Part shown: positions 45,390 through 55,890 of the stretch, in pieces
Layout: every line of letters starts with the position of its first letter
Position numbering within the stretch: the first letter of the stretch is position 1
Assembly (NCBI GenBank): GCA_050946935.1
Contig: JBMNVR010000006.1
Location: 22,691-86,690 of the forward strand
DNA from: Candidatus Howiella sp.
Lineage (GTDB): Bacteria; Bacillota; Clostridia; Oscillospirales; Acutalibacteraceae
Reading direction: 5' to 3'
DNA length: 64,000 nt
Position numbers and translations under genes: made by a program
The notes under the pieces: model-generated
Told to the model about the DNA's origin: nothing
What the model saw: the letters and a program-made list of their open reading frames with translations, nothing else
Database searches by the model: none

Positions 45390-47801
45390 TCAAATAGGAT
45401 TGGTAAAAGAAGCAAAGCCCAAAATGGATCCGTTCAAAGCGCGCAGCTTCCGGAAAACCTCTTCCGCAGGCCGCGGGCCGTCCAGGGTCAGAGAATAGTG
45501 ATACTCATGGAACCCGGCCAGGCTCACCTTAAAGTTGGTCTCCCAGAAATTGTTCATCACCCAAGCATAGATTTCATCCAAATTCTCCGCACCCGGTTCC
45601 CCGCACAGCCGAATCTCATGGGCGGGCAGAGGCCCCATGGTGACCAGCGGCGTATCGGGCAGGCCGATGGTCAGGGTGGCATTTGCCGAGGACAGGCAGA
45701 GGCCGTTTTGCACCGCATAAAAATCAGTACAGGTACCGGGCAACTGATCCACGCGCGGACGGAAAACGCACCCGGTCTTATCCATCCACAGGGTCTCCTC
45801 CTCCCCGGTGGTAAACGGCAGGGCGAGATATACGTTCTCCGGATCCCACACACAGTCCTTCTGAAAGCGCAGCGCCAGATCTATGCGGGGCATATGCTTA
45901 TACGCGGTCAGGATCAGATAACAGAATTGGCAGCCCTCCAGCGCATACTGTAGCTGCACGCGGGAGAAAAGAGGCCCGTCCGCCAACACCTTTGCGCCGC
46001 AGCATACGCCGGCCGAGCGTTTTGTGGCCGAAGACTTGCGATTCCGTCCCATCTCCCGCCGGACGCCGCAGGGATCACCGTTGCCCGGCGTAACCTCATA
46101 GATCGGGGTAAAGGCGGCATATTCTCCGGGTTTTATCAGTTCTTTTCCCCGCGCCTTATCCCAGAGGGAAACAATCCCCCGCTGATCGTATTGAATATGG
46201 AAAAATTCGTTCTCCAGCCGGTACGGCGTGACCACCGACCCCGTTTCCAGCCGGCGCTGGAAGGTGGAATACAGATCATATACCCCTTCAATACCCCTGT
46301 CCGCCCGGCGGCCGGAGGATATAGGTGCGGGCGTCTCAGTCTCCCGAATGCCGTATTCTCTCTGCTCGCCCGGCTCCAGCCGAACCAGAATGTTCAGCTC
46401 CACCCCCCGGGCATAAGAACTGAGCTGATACGGAACCGGGCGGCCGGTAGCCGTATCTACAATTTCAAAATGAGTATGGCCGGCCAAACTCTCGGAATTG
46501 ATCCGCATCACGTCGGTCACCGGTACATCGTGGGGATTTACAGCCCGGAAAACCGGCTCGTTCTGCATGGAATAAGGCGTGGCACCCCGGGAATAGGCGA
46601 TTTTGTCCAGCGCCCGCGAAGCCGACTCGTTGGCCTTCAGAGCATAGAGGCTCTTGCGCAGATCCAAATTATTCACACAGGTATTCCACGGCTCGGACAC
46701 TGAAGAGCAGTAGCCCCAGGTATGCTCGGCGTAAAACATCAGGTTATAGGCCGTGTCGTCCAGCAGCTCTTTTCCGCAGATTTCCCCCTCTGGATCCAGC
46801 CGGCGCGCCATCTCATACTTGCGCTCGGCCTCCCGATAGTGCTGCACCACATTGGGCGTGGAGCCCACCCCGTCGGCCCACCAGTCGGTCCAATCCCCCC
46901 GGTAGGTGGGAATATCCCCGCAAGAGTCCTCCACCGCGTCGAAAAATTCATCCAGCGTGGCCATTTGCAGCCGAATTTCCTCCCCGTGCAGCGCATTGTA
47001 CCGGTTGACAAATTCCACCGCGCCCACATAAGGCGAACCGTTGTCGGTCTGACGGCTGGAATAGGTGACGGGCGCCAAATCATAGGGATGGCCCTGCTTC
47101 TTCAGTGTGTCTACATAAGTGGCTATGCGGATTTCAGCCTTGTGGAAAGGCTCCAGGCCGGCGCCGTCCAATCCGTCCTGGATGGTATATTCAAAGGATT
47201 GTACCGGCGCGACGCCCAGCTCGTTGCCCAAATGATAGTGCTCACCCACCCAGGAAAGCAGGCGATTGCCCTTGGGGCTCTCCCAATAAAAAGGGGTCTG
47301 CTTTTGAAACAGAGGATGATAGCCGTGATGGGTATGAATGCAGGAAAGCAGGCGGGTGACGCCGTTTTCATACAGCGCGTCGGCAAAACCCCAGCCGTAG
47401 CCGTTAACGTCGGCCGTCATAGCCGAACGCATCAAAAGGCCGTGCGCCTCCATTCCGGCCGCCGAACGGCGCACGGCGTCCGACAGCACGTCGTAGGAAA
47501 TCAGGTCAGTGAGGTTCAGATAGCTGCCGGACAGGCCGATCTCACCGGATTTCACAAAACGGATAAAATCCTCCCTCTCCCGGAGATCGGCAAGCTCAAA
47601 GAACTTCTCCACACACCAGAAGCTTTCGCAGTTCCACTTAAAGCCCAGCCATTCCGGCCGATCACTGTGGGCCTGACGCAGAATCCGAATCGCCTCCTGA
47701 ATATACTGTACCTGATGCAGCTCAATCTTTTCCTGATAATCGGTATAGCCGATATCGGTGTGGCTGTGATGAATCAAATATAAAGTAAAAGGCTTGGGCA
47801 T
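45390..47801 (-). CDS. Glycoside hydrolase family 38-like (alpha-mannosidase-type) cytoplasmic enzyme
   Basis: Start ATG at 47801 with RBS GGAGGAAAACAAT. N-terminal LYLIHHSHTDIGYTD resembles the GH38 metal-binding HxHxD motif. ~800 aa with no signal peptide. Family assignment is by motif resemblance only. Confidence 0.6.
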   Translation of the reverse strand: MPKPFTLYLIHHSHTDIGYTDYQEKIELHQVQYIQEAIRILRQAHSDRPEWLGFKWNCESFWCVEKFFELADLREREDFIRFVKSGEIGLSGSYLNLTDLISYDVLSDAVRRSAAGMEAHGLLMRSAMTADVNGYGWGFADALYENGVTRLLSCIHTHHGYHPLFQKQTPFYWESPKGNRLLSWVGEHYHLGNELGVAPVQSFEYTIQDGLDGAGLEPFHKAEIRIATYVDTLKKQGHPYDLAPVTYSSRQTDNGSPYVGAVEFVNRYNALHGEEIRLQMATLDEFFDAVEDSCGDIPTYRGDWTDWWADGVGSTPNVVQHYREAERKYEMARRLDPEGEICGKELLDDTAYNLMFYAEHTWGYCSSVSEPWNTCVNNLDLRKSLYALKANESASRALDKIAYSRGATPYSMQNEPVFRAVNPHDVPVTDVMRINSESLAGHTHFEIVDTATGRPVPYQLSSYARGVELNILVRLEPGEQREYGIRETETPAPISSGRRADRGIEGVYDLYSTFQRRLETGSVVTPYRLENEFFHIQYDQRGIVSLWDKARGKELIKPGEYAAFTPIYEVTPGNGDPCGVRREMGRNRKSSATKRSAGVCCGAKVLADGPLFSRVQLQYALEGCQFCYLILTAYKHMPRIDLALRFQKDCVWDPENVYLALPFTTGEEETLWMDKTGCVFRPRVDQLPGTCTDFYAVQNGLCLSSANATLTIGLPDTPLVTMGPLPAHEIRLCGEPGAENLDEIYAWVMNNFWETNFKVSLAGFHEYHYSLTLDGPRPAEEVFRKLRALNGSILGFASFTNPI

Positions 47802-48021
47802 ATTGTTTTCCTCCTTGGCAATATATCTCTCCCGTATAAGGGCATTATAAGACACTCATCATCCTTTCGCAAGCTTTTTTGTCAAACCGCATTCCCCACC
47901 CGGACGCGCACATTACCCTGACCCCGGTTGGCGCGGGGGAACATGGCGAGAAGAATAAAATGTAATATTAATAGAAAAAAACACCCCGTGCCGGGGTGTT
48001 TCCAAAAAACAATGTCCTATT

Positions 48022-48468
48022 CTAAAATTCCGAGTGACCTTCGCAGCTCTCGCAATGCTCACACGCACAGGCCGGGCCGACAAAAGGGGTCGGATCAATT
48101 CCCTGCCGGGTGTAGTAGTCCGCAATGGCCGCTTTGACCGCCTGCTCCGCCAGCACCGAACAGTGAATCTTGTGCGCCGGCAGACCGCCGAGCGCCTCCA
48201 CCACCGCTTTGTTGGAAAGCTCCAGCGCCTTGGAAAGCGGCTGCCCCTTAATCATTTCGGTCGCGATCGAAGAGGTCGCGATGGCCGAGCCACAGCCATA
48301 GGTCTTGAATTTGACGTCCTTGATGATACCATCCTCAATTTTCAGATACATCTTCATAATATCGCCGCATTTGGCGTTGCCGACCTCCCCCACGCCGTTG
48401 GCGTCAGGCAGCTCGCCCACATTCCGCGGATTATTGAAATGGTCCATAACCTTTTCGGTGTAAATCAT
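48022..48468 (-). CDS. nifU: Fe-S cluster assembly scaffold protein (NifU/IscU N-terminal domain)
   Basis: [53 protein letters not shown] has the three conserved Cys of IscU/NifU. Confidence 0.85.
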   Translation of the reverse strand: MIYTEKVMDHFNNPRNVGELPDANGVGEVGNAKCGDIMKMYLKIEDGIIKDVKFKTYGCGSAIATSSIATEMIKGQPLSKALELSNKAVVEALGGLPAHKIHCSVLAEQAVKAAIADYYTRQGIDPTPFVGPACACEHCESCEGHSEF

Positions 48469-49652
48469 TTGCTTTCACTCTCCTTGATAATTTTCTCCCA
48501 AAGCGGAGACATGGCGCGCAGCCGCTCGATGATCGGCGGCAGCACAGAAAGAATCGCATCTGCATCCTCCATCGTATTCTCATCGCTGAAGGAGAGCCGC
48601 AGACTGCCGTGCGCCACCTCATGCCTGAGGCCGATGGCCAGCAGCACATGGCTCGGATCCAGCGAGCCGGAGGTGCAGGCCGAGCCGGAGGAGGCACAGA
48701 TTCCCTTGGCGTCCAGCATCAGCAGGAGGGATTCCCCCTCCACTCCCTCAAAGCAGAGGCTGACATTGCCGGGCAGCCGCTTTTGGGGATCGCCGTTGAG
48801 CCGGCTGCGGGGAATCTTCAGGCCGCCTGCGATCACATGATCGCGGATGGCGGTCAACTTCTCCGCCCGCTGGTCAATGGTCGCGACGGCGCGGGTGATC
48901 GCCTCACCCAGACCGACGATACCGGGGGTGTTTTCGGTTCCGGCGCGGCGGCCGCGCTCCTGCGCCCCGCCGTGGATGAGGTTGTCGAGCACAATCCCCT
49001 TGCGGATATACAGGGCGCCGATTCCCTTCGGTCCGTGGAACTTGTGCCCGGAGAGGGAGAGCATGTCAATGTTCTGCGCTTTTACATCAATATGCACATT
49101 GCCGACCGCCTGCACCGCGTCGGTGTGAAAAAGAACTCCCCGCTCATGGCAGATACGACCAAGCTCCTCCACCGGCTGGATGGTGCCGATCTCATTATTC
49201 GCGTACATAATGGAGACGAGACCGGTCTCCTCCTTGATCGCGGCAGCCAGCTCCTCCGGCCGGACGAGGCCGTCCGCATGCACGTCCAGCAGGGTGATCT
49301 CAAACCCCTGTTTTTCGAGAAATTCCAGCGTGTGGAGCACGGCGTGATGCTCAAATGCAGAGGAAATGATGTGGGTCTTCCCCTTCTGTTTCAACCGATT
49401 CATCACGCCCTTGATGGCCCAGTTGTCCGCCTCGCTACCGCCGGAAGTAAAATAAATCTCCCCCGCATCGGCGCCGAGCGCAGCGGCAACCTGCTCTCTC
49501 GCCCGGTCGACAGCGGCGTGCGCCTCGCTCCCGAAGGCATATAGGCTCGACGGATTGCCGTACTGCTCGGTCAGATAGGGCATCATGCAGTCCAACACCT
49601 CAGGCGACAGCCGGGTGGTGGCGGCATTGTCAGCGTATATCAAACGTTCCAT
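48465..49652 (-). CDS. nifS: Cysteine desulfurase NifS
   Basis: [56 protein letters not shown] (PLP-Lys), SSGSACTSG (catalytic Cys loop). Overlaps nifU by 4 nt. Confidence 0.85.
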   Translation of the reverse strand: MERLIYADNAATTRLSPEVLDCMMPYLTEQYGNPSSLYAFGSEAHAAVDRAREQVAAALGADAGEIYFTSGGSEADNWAIKGVMNRLKQKGKTHIISSAFEHHAVLHTLEFLEKQGFEITLLDVHADGLVRPEELAAAIKEETGLVSIMYANNEIGTIQPVEELGRICHERGVLFHTDAVQAVGNVHIDVKAQNIDMLSLSGHKFHGPKGIGALYIRKGIVLDNLIHGGAQERGRRAGTENTPGIVGLGEAITRAVATIDQRAEKLTAIRDHVIAGGLKIPRSRLNGDPQKRLPGNVSLCFEGVEGESLLLMLDAKGICASSGSACTSGSLDPSHVLLAIGLRHEVAHGSLRLSFSDENTMEDADAILSVLPPIIERLRAMSPLWEKIIKESESK

Positions 49653-49803
49653 ATAGGATCCTCTCCCTTTTCCGGACCTGGTCCGGGTAACTTTATAATG
49701 AAGATAAAAATCTTATCTGCATCGTTATTGTATACCAAACAGGTATACTTTTCAATAGCCTGCCCGAAAATAAGACGAAAATTCGCCATTTTCTGCATTT
49801 TCA

Positions 49804-50238
49804 CTAAAACCTTGCGGATTCAGCCACGGCCAGCCGGTCACAACGCTCATTTTCCGGATGGCCGGCGTGCCCCTTCACCCAGACGACCGTAACCTTGTGG
49901 TATCCGGTAAGCTCCAGCAGACGCTCCCACAAATCGGGATTGAGGGCAGGAGACTTGTCCGCCTTGCGCCAGCCGTTGCGTTTCCAGGCGGCAGCCCACC
50001 CTTTGGAAAGACCGTTCGCCACATACTGCGAGTCGGTATACAGCGTAACCTCGCACGGTTCTTTGAGAAGCGCCAGCCCGCCGATCACGGCCGAAAGCTC
50101 CATCCGGTTGTTGGTGGTTGGATTCTCCCCGCCGGAAAGCTCCTTCTCCTGCCCTTTATAGCGCAGAATGGCGCCCCAGCCGCCCGGACCGGGGTTGCCG
50201 GAACAGGCGCCGTCGGTATAGAGATCGACATGCTTCAT
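49804..50238 (-). CDS. rnhA: Ribonuclease HI
   Basis: [58 protein letters not shown] has the DEDD catalytic residues in canonical context. Confidence 0.85.
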   Translation of the reverse strand: MKHVDLYTDGACSGNPGPGGWGAILRYKGQEKELSGGENPTTNNRMELSAVIGGLALLKEPCEVTLYTDSQYVANGLSKGWAAAWKRNGWRKADKSPALNPDLWERLLELTGYHKVTVVWVKGHAGHPENERCDRLAVAESARF

Positions 50239-50433
50239 GGCCGGCGCCTCCTTTCATCAGACAAAATAGCTGTATTATTGTAACACAGCGAAAAGAAAAT
50301 AACAAGATTTTTGCGCCGATCCATTTGGCACTGCAAAAAAGCCGCAAAATGCAAGAGACACCCGCCCCAAATGGCAGATGTCCCTTGCATTTCAGGAAGG
50401 AATATGAAAATGTGGGGATAGCAATGTTGGTGC

Positions 50434-50841
50434 TCAGCCAAGCTCGGCCGAGAGGGTAAGGGTACAGTACACGCCGCCCGCCACAACCGAGATGGGCGTC
50501 TCGCCGGTGTACACGCTGAGCTTTCCGACGAAGTCCGACTCACCGGCCGGCGTTCCGGTAAAAATGTGTACCGCATGAAACTCCTTCGCGGCGGCCGCAA
50601 CGCTCTTGACAGCGTTGTCGCTGTACCGCACCGAAATTTCGATGCCTGTGCGCTGAGCCAGACTGCAAAGCAGCTTCATATCTTTGGAGCGTTTGCTCGC
50701 AGCAGCTTTCTTTGGCTGCACTGTGACGACCGTAACTTTTGTACCCATTCTGCTCGCCATTTCCTTGGCGGCTTCGATGATTCTTTCACATCCGGCCTGA
50801 GGTGTGATACAGGCCATGACAGAATTTTTCGCGGTGTACAT
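50434..50841 (-). CDS. Small alpha/beta protein, universal-stress-protein (UspA)-like fold (tentative)
   Basis: ATG at 50841 (MYTAKNSVMACITPQAGCERIIEAAKEMASRMGTKVTVVTV..) with RBS AAAGGAAG. 135 aa. Resemblance to Usp/KdpD-Usp domains is weak. The upstream part of the track ORF (to 51192) is not coding. Confidence 0.35.
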   Translation of the reverse strand: MYTAKNSVMACITPQAGCERIIEAAKEMASRMGTKVTVVTVQPKKAAASKRSKDMKLLCSLAQRTGIEISVRYSDNAVKSVAAAAKEFHAVHIFTGTPAGESDFVGKLSVYTGETPISVVAGGVYCTLTLSAELG

Positions 50842-51339
50842 GGTGTCACTTCCTTTTTGGATTGCCGTTTTAAATGGTTTCCCTTTCGGCGATTTTATAA
50901 TACTATACCCATAAGAAAAATTTGCATACTTTTTGCGTATAAACTGTAAATAAATTAAGAACAAGCAAAACCGACACCGTGCGACAATCGTAACGATGCA
51001 AAACACAGGCTTGGGTCCGTCGGCCGCGCGGGATACGCCCTCCGCCGCAGCCCGCGCGCCGTCCGACAGCAACCGAGCCAAAACCGAAAGCGTCCCGGGC
51101 TGCGTTCGGTATTTGTACAACTTTTTTAAAATATCGCAGCACACCAGTGTCAAATCATCTTTTGACGAGATATTTCGCGCCCCGCATGTCATGATTTTAC
51201 AATATTTTTAGGACAAATGCGAAAAAATTCTTTACAATTTCCTTTTGTACATGCTATAATAAAGCCATCGTCGGCAGACAAAATCATTTGCACATCTTGG
51301 CCTGTCTGCTCCCGACAGTCTATGGTAGGAGGTTTCGGT

Positions 51340-52359
51340 ATGGTATATGACCTGTACGATAAAAAGCTGCTGACCGAGCCGGGATATTACCCTGTCATTC
51401 AATCCTATTATTATAATGAGTGGAACACCTACGACATGCCGCAGCATTTCCACAGCCGGATTGAAATCATGTATATTATTAAAGGAGACTGCACCGTCCG
51501 TTCAAGGAAAGAAAAAATTCGCATGTTTTCGGGCGATTTTATCCTGATTAACGCCGGTACGCCGCACGCCCTCTCGATCAGCAATCCGCGCGGCTGCATG
51601 GTGCTGAACATCGAATTCACCTTTGAAAAGCAGGACAACGCCGCGCCGGATTTTGCAACCCTCTATCGCAACAGCGAGGAAATGCGCAATTTTCTCGAAC
51701 AGGGATCGGAATACTTTCGGATCAAGGACGATGGAGAGGTGTACCGCATCCTTTTCTCCGCGCTGGAAAACGTCGATATTACCAAACCCAACCGGTTTGC
51801 CCTCGACCTGTGGCTGTCGCTGCTGCTCCTCTCTTCCGCGAGGCTGGCCTGTGCCGATCTCAACAACGACTCGGATGATTACATACAGTGTGCGAAAGAT
51901 TTTATCTCCCGCAACTATTTCCGGGAAATCCACATCAGCGACATTGCCGAATATATCCATATTCACCCTGCGTATTTACAGCGTCTGTTTAAAAAGGAAT
52001 GCGGCATCTCGGTGATCGACTACATGACCAACTACCGGATGGAGAAGGCTTACTACCTGCTCTCCCGCACCAATATGTCGATCATCGACATTGCCAACAG
52101 CGTCGGCATCAATTCGCAGCAATATTTCACCCGCCTGTTCAAAAAGACCATGAACATCACGCCCAAGGCGCTGCGCGACAGCAAAGCGTCGGACAATCCT
52201 CTCGCGGATCCGATCGACAACGATGTCGAGTGGACCTGGCGTCCGGGTCTGAAAAACACCGAAACCATCTGCGACAATGACCTCGACTGGCTGAACATTA
52301 TCTCCAGCGGCAAGCTGCCGGGAGATGCCCGGGGCTATAAAAAGCCGTCGGAGCAATAA
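51340..52359 (+). CDS. AraC-family transcriptional regulator (cupin N-domain plus AraC HTH)
   Basis: ATG at 51340 with RBS TAGGAGG. FHSRIEIMYIIKGD (cupin). Dual HTH ..DIAEYIHIHPAYLQRLFKKECGISVIDYMTNYRMEKAYYLL..IANSVGINSQQYFTRLFKK. Confidence 0.8.
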   Translation: MVYDLYDKKLLTEPGYYPVIQSYYYNEWNTYDMPQHFHSRIEIMYIIKGDCTVRSRKEKIRMFSGDFILINAGTPHALSISNPRGCMVLNIEFTFEKQDNAAPDFATLYRNSEEMRNFLEQGSEYFRIKDDGEVYRILFSALENVDITKPNRFALDLWLSLLLLSSARLACADLNNDSDDYIQCAKDFISRNYFREIHISDIAEYIHIHPAYLQRLFKKECGISVIDYMTNYRMEKAYYLLSRTNMSIIDIANSVGINSQQYFTRLFKKTMNITPKALRDSKASDNPLADPIDNDVEWTWRPGLKNTETICDNDLDWLNIISSGKLPGDARGYKKPSEQ

Positions 52360-53020
52360 AAAATATCCGCCAAATCAGGGTCGAATAATAAAAATCCCTG
52401 GCGGCGGATATTTTTTGCCGCCCTGTCTCCCGGTTGTCATGCGAAAGCATGACGAGGGAGACGGCATTAAAATCGTATTTTTTATTGCGGAGCAATAAAA
52501 AATATCCGCCAAATCAGGGTCGAATAATAAAAATCCCGGCGGCGGATATTTTTTGCCGCCGTCTCCCCCCGGTTGCCGCGCGTAGCGGCGGCGAGGGGGA
52601 GGGCATTGAAATCCCGTTTTTTATTGCGGAGCAATAAAAAATATCCGCCAAATCAGGGTCGAATAATAAAAATCCCTGGCGGCGGATATTTTTTGCCGCC
52701 CTGTCTCCCGGTTGTCATGCGAAAGCATGACGAGGGAGACGGCATTAAAATCGTATTTTTTATTGCGGAGCAATAGAAAATATCCGCCAAATCAGGGTCG
52801 AATAATAAAAACCCCCGGCGGCGGATATTTTTTGCCGCCATCTCCCCCGGTTGCCGCGCGCAGCGACGGCGAGGGGGAGGGCATCGGAATCCCGTTTTTT
52901 ATTGCGGAGCAATAAAAAATATCCGCCAAATCAGGGTCGAATAATAAAAACCCCGGCGGCGGATATTTTTTGCCGCCATCTCCCCCGGTTGTCATGCGAA
53001 AGCATGACGAAGGGGACGAA
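52345..53020 (+). repeat. Tandem array of ~5 units (period 138-139 bp) of a structured, terminator-like repeat. It begins inside the last codons of the AraC gene and fills the convergent intergenic region
   Basis: Unit boundaries (TTATTGCGGAGCAATAAAAAATATCCGCC) at about 52348, 52486, 52624, 52762 and 52901. Each unit holds hairpin 1 (AAAAATATCCGCC-AAAT-CAGGG..CCCTG-GCGGCGGATATTTTTT) and hairpin 2. Hairpin 2 has two alternating variants: GTCTCCCGGTTGTCATGCGAAAGCATGACGAGGGAGAC versus TCTCCCCCCGGTTGCCGCGCGTAGCGGCGGCGAGGGGGAGGG. Both keep their pairing, and both are followed by a T-run. Confidence 0.8.
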
Positions 53021-53215
53021 ACTTGGAATACGAAGTGTTGCTTAGCCGCACGAAAAAGGCACGCTCCGCCTGGCAGCGTCTGTAGCCTGCCTTGCAAACG
53101 ATAAAACATCCACAGCCGGGAAAACCATGGTTCCCCGACTGTGGATGTTTTTGATCTGTGAATCCATAAACTTTTCGATCTCTCCAAGCAGGCATGCGGC
53201 GTTCATGCCCAACCT

Positions 53216-53584
53216 TTATGTATAGCGGCTGAGCAGCCGCTCGACGTCGGCCGGCGGCGTCTCCGGCTCGAAGGCGATATAGCTGTCGCCGCGAAAGGTC
53301 AGCCGCCCGGTCATATGCGGGCTGCAACGTGCAAACTCCCTTTGCGGCATCAACAGCCACCGGTTGGTTCCGTCGGTAAGCCGGAAGGTCACGCCGAAGG
53401 TCTCCCGTCGATTGGATGTATATTTCCCATAATCTCTCGTAGCGGATATATACGACCGCCGGTCGACCACTCGCACCCACTCGGTCCGTTTGAGGTAGGC
53501 CAGATTCATCAGCCGGTCGCATTTCCAGACCAGCAAAATCAGCAGAATCACCACTGCGGCAAACAGAATCCAAAAAAGCTTCAT
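53216..53584 (-). CDS. Hypothetical N-terminally anchored small protein
   Basis: 122 aa. MKLFWILFAAVVILLILLVW is a signal-anchor. No recognisable domain. Confidence 0.35.
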   Translation of the reverse strand: MKLFWILFAAVVILLILLVWKCDRLMNLAYLKRTEWVRVVDRRSYISATRDYGKYTSNRRETFGVTFRLTDGTNRWLLMPQREFARCSPHMTGRLTFRGDSYIAFEPETPPADVERLLSRYT

Positions 53585-54195
53585 CGCGGCTTTTTCTCCT
53601 CTGCATCGCGGGCGCGCCGCTCGGAGAAGAACGCTTCCTCGAAATCGGCGCGGTCTTCCTCACGCACCTCTTGCCGTCGGGCGGCCATATCGGCCTCCAG
53701 CCGGAGACGACGGGCCTCTCCCTTGATGTGGCCCTTACGATAAACAGCCAACATCAGGCAGCCGTGAAGAAGCAGCACCGGCAGCGCGGCCAAAAACGGA
53801 TTGGGAATCAGAAAATCCAGCAATCCAAACGGGCTGAGCAGCGAGCTCAGCCGCCAGCTCAGCAAACTCTCCCCCAAAGCGGCCGGCAAAAGCAAAAGCA
53901 AGAGCAGCACGTGAAGCATGAAGAGTCTTCGATAAACCCGCCCCGGCTCGACATGGGTGACCGGATCAAGCGCCGCCCGGTAAAGAAGAAGCGGATTCAG
54001 CACACAGCAGAGGACGGTCGGAAAAACCGCCAGGATACTGGCCATCGCCCGCGAGTCGCTGATCAGGTTATAAAGCGTAAAATCACTTAAAACCGGATAA
54101 ATAAAAAGATTCAACACGCCCTTGGTAAGCAGCACCCCGATATAGGAAATCAAAAAGGTGAGCGCCAGCATCTTGGGCACGGTACAATATTTCAT
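53581..54195 (-). CDS. Hypothetical polytopic membrane protein with charged C-terminal tail
   Basis: 204 aa with ~5 hydrophobic helices. C-terminal RRLRLEADMAARRQEVREEDRADFEE. Its stop overlaps the start of 53216..53584. Confidence 0.4.
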   Translation of the reverse strand: MKYCTVPKMLALTFLISYIGVLLTKGVLNLFIYPVLSDFTLYNLISDSRAMASILAVFPTVLCCVLNPLLLYRAALDPVTHVEPGRVYRRLFMLHVLLLLLLLPAALGESLLSWRLSSLLSPFGLLDFLIPNPFLAALPVLLLHGCLMLAVYRKGHIKGEARRLRLEADMAARRQEVREEDRADFEEAFFSERRARDAEEKKPR

Positions 54196-54474
54196 AAAAC
54201 CCCTCTTTTATAACACTCCACAATCCGAAAGCCCCGGATTCAATCCCCGCTATGCAGAGCACGGCGGCCGGCGGATCAATCCCGTCCACCAAACAAAATC
54301 TGCTTTTTTCTCTCCGTTTTCCGGCTTTTGTCCCCGCCGGCCTGTGGTTTTCCGCAGGTCGGCGCAAAAGCAAACCGCTTTCCGGGCGGAGACAGCCGGG
54401 CGGTTCCCGATGCCAAAGGCCGCTCCTCCGGCATCGGGAGCATGTATGCCAAAGCGCCCCGCGCGCCGGACGGT

Positions 54475-55890
54475 TTACGCTTCAGTCGTCGGAACAGGCG
54501 CCTCTTCGGCCACTGGCGCCGCTGCCGGCTCGCCCATCTTTTTGCCGAGATACTTTGGCAGCTCCATTCCCGCCATGTTAAACAAATCGCTCATAGGCGG
54601 GATCGACTTGAACATCCCCGACAGGAAGTTGGCGGTGGCCGGCGTGCCGTCCTTGCCGCCCATCCCGTCCCAGACGGTCACCTTATCGATCCTGAGCTTG
54701 CCGATCGCCTCGACCTGCGTCTTGACCAAATCCTCTAACTTATCGGCGATCATCAGCTTCATCGCGTCGTCGGCGTTGCCGCCCACCGCGTCAATGATTT
54801 TCTGAAAACCCTCGGCCTGCTTGGTGAGGATCTCCTGCACGCCGCGGGCCTCGGCTTCCATTTTGGCGAAGATGGCGTCGGCCTCGCCCTGTGCCTTGCG
54901 GCGGATCTGCTCGGCCTCGGCTTCGGCGGCCAGTTCCTTCTGGCGTTTATCGATCTCTGCCTTAACGATGATGTCGGCCTCCAGCGTGGCCTTCTCACGG
55001 GTTGAACGGGCGGCCTCAGCCTCCTGCTCGGCGGCGTAGGCCTCCTGCAGCGCGCGGGCCGCCTGGATTTTCTCGGCCGCGGTGGCGCGGCGGAGAGCGT
55101 CGGCCTGCTTTTCCTTCAGGGTCGCATCGGACTCGGCCACCTGCGCCCTGGCTTCATTCTCGCCCTTGATGGCCTCCGAATCGGCCAGAGAGACCTGAAT
55201 TCTCTGCTCCCTTTTGGCGTTGGCCTCGCCGATGTCACCGGCCCGGTCGGCCTCCGCCACCGAGATTTTGGCATCGTTGATGGCCTTGGCCGCCGCCTCC
55301 TTACCCAGGGCGACGATATAACCCGACTCGTCGGTGATGTCGGTGACGTTGACGTTGATCAGCCGCAGACCGATCTTCTTCAGCTCGCTTTCCACGTTAT
55401 TGGAGACGGCCGTGAGAAATTTGTCGCGGTCGGTGTTGATCTCTTCAATATCCATGGTCGCGATGACCAAACGAAGCTGTCCGAAGATGATGTCCTTCGC
55501 CAGTTCCTGAATCTCGGTCAGCTTGAGGCCGAGCAGCCGCTCGGCCGCGTTCTGCATGACGCCGTTCTCAACCGAGATGCCCACCGTAAATCGGGACGGC
55601 ACGTCAATCCGGATATTCTGCTTGGACAGCGCGTTTTTCAGATCCACCTGAATCGACATCGGGGTCAGATCCAGATATTCATAGGATTGCAGCACCGGCA
55701 CGATGAAAGCCGCCCCACCGTGAATGCACTTGGCGCTGCGCGCCGTGCCGTCCCGGTTGCGCCCGATCTTGCCATATACAACCAGAATTTTGTCCGAAGG
55801 ACACTTGCGGTACCTCGATAAAAGCACGATCAGGCTGGAAAAAAACAGCAGCGCAATCACAACGATCAGGACGATTACTCCAGGTTCCAT
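54475..55890 (-). CDS. floT: Flotillin-like SPFH/band-7 protein (FloT/YuaG-like)
   Basis: N-terminal TM plus SPFH domain (..RIDVPSRFTVGISVENG..ELKKIGLRLINVNVTDI). Long Ala/Glu-rich coiled coil (EAEAARSTREKATLEADIIVKAEIDKRQKELAAEAEAEQIRRKAQGEADAI) typical of flotillins. Confidence 0.85.
   Translation of the reverse strand: MEPGVIVLIVVIALLFFSSLIVLLSRYRKCPSDKILVVYGKIGRNRDGTARSAKCIHGGAAFIVPVLQSYEYLDLTPMSIQVDLKNALSKQNIRIDVPSRFTVGISVENGVMQNAAERLLGLKLTEIQELAKDIIFGQLRLVIATMDIEEINTDRDKFLTAVSNNVESELKKIGLRLINVNVTDITDESGYIVALGKEAAAKAINDAKISVAEADRAGDIGEANAKREQRIQVSLADSEAIKGENEARAQVAESDATLKEKQADALRRATAAEKIQAARALQEAYAAEQEAEAARSTREKATLEADIIVKAEIDKRQKELAAEAEAEQIRRKAQGEADAIFAKMEAEARGVQEILTKQAEGFQKIIDAVGGNADDAMKLMIADKLEDLVKTQVEAIGKLRIDKVTVWDGMGGKDGTPATANFLSGMFKSIPPMSDLFNMAGMELPKYLGKKMGEPAAAPVAEEAPVPTTEA

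Noticed and set aside
46722-47783. 353-aa + strand ORF and 46191..46703
   Set aside because: Antisense to the GH38-like gene.
52345-53020. Possible CRISPR array
   Set aside because: Units are ~138 bp, identical or alternating, with no unique spacers and no cas genes nearby. This is a tandem structured repeat, not a CRISPR.
52434-53187. Series of 60-130-aa ORFs with repeated peptides (YFLLRSNKKYPPNQGRIIK.., GGKKYPPPG..)
   Set aside because: They are translations of the 138-bp tandem repeat units in various frames. The periodic identical peptides are an artefact of the array.
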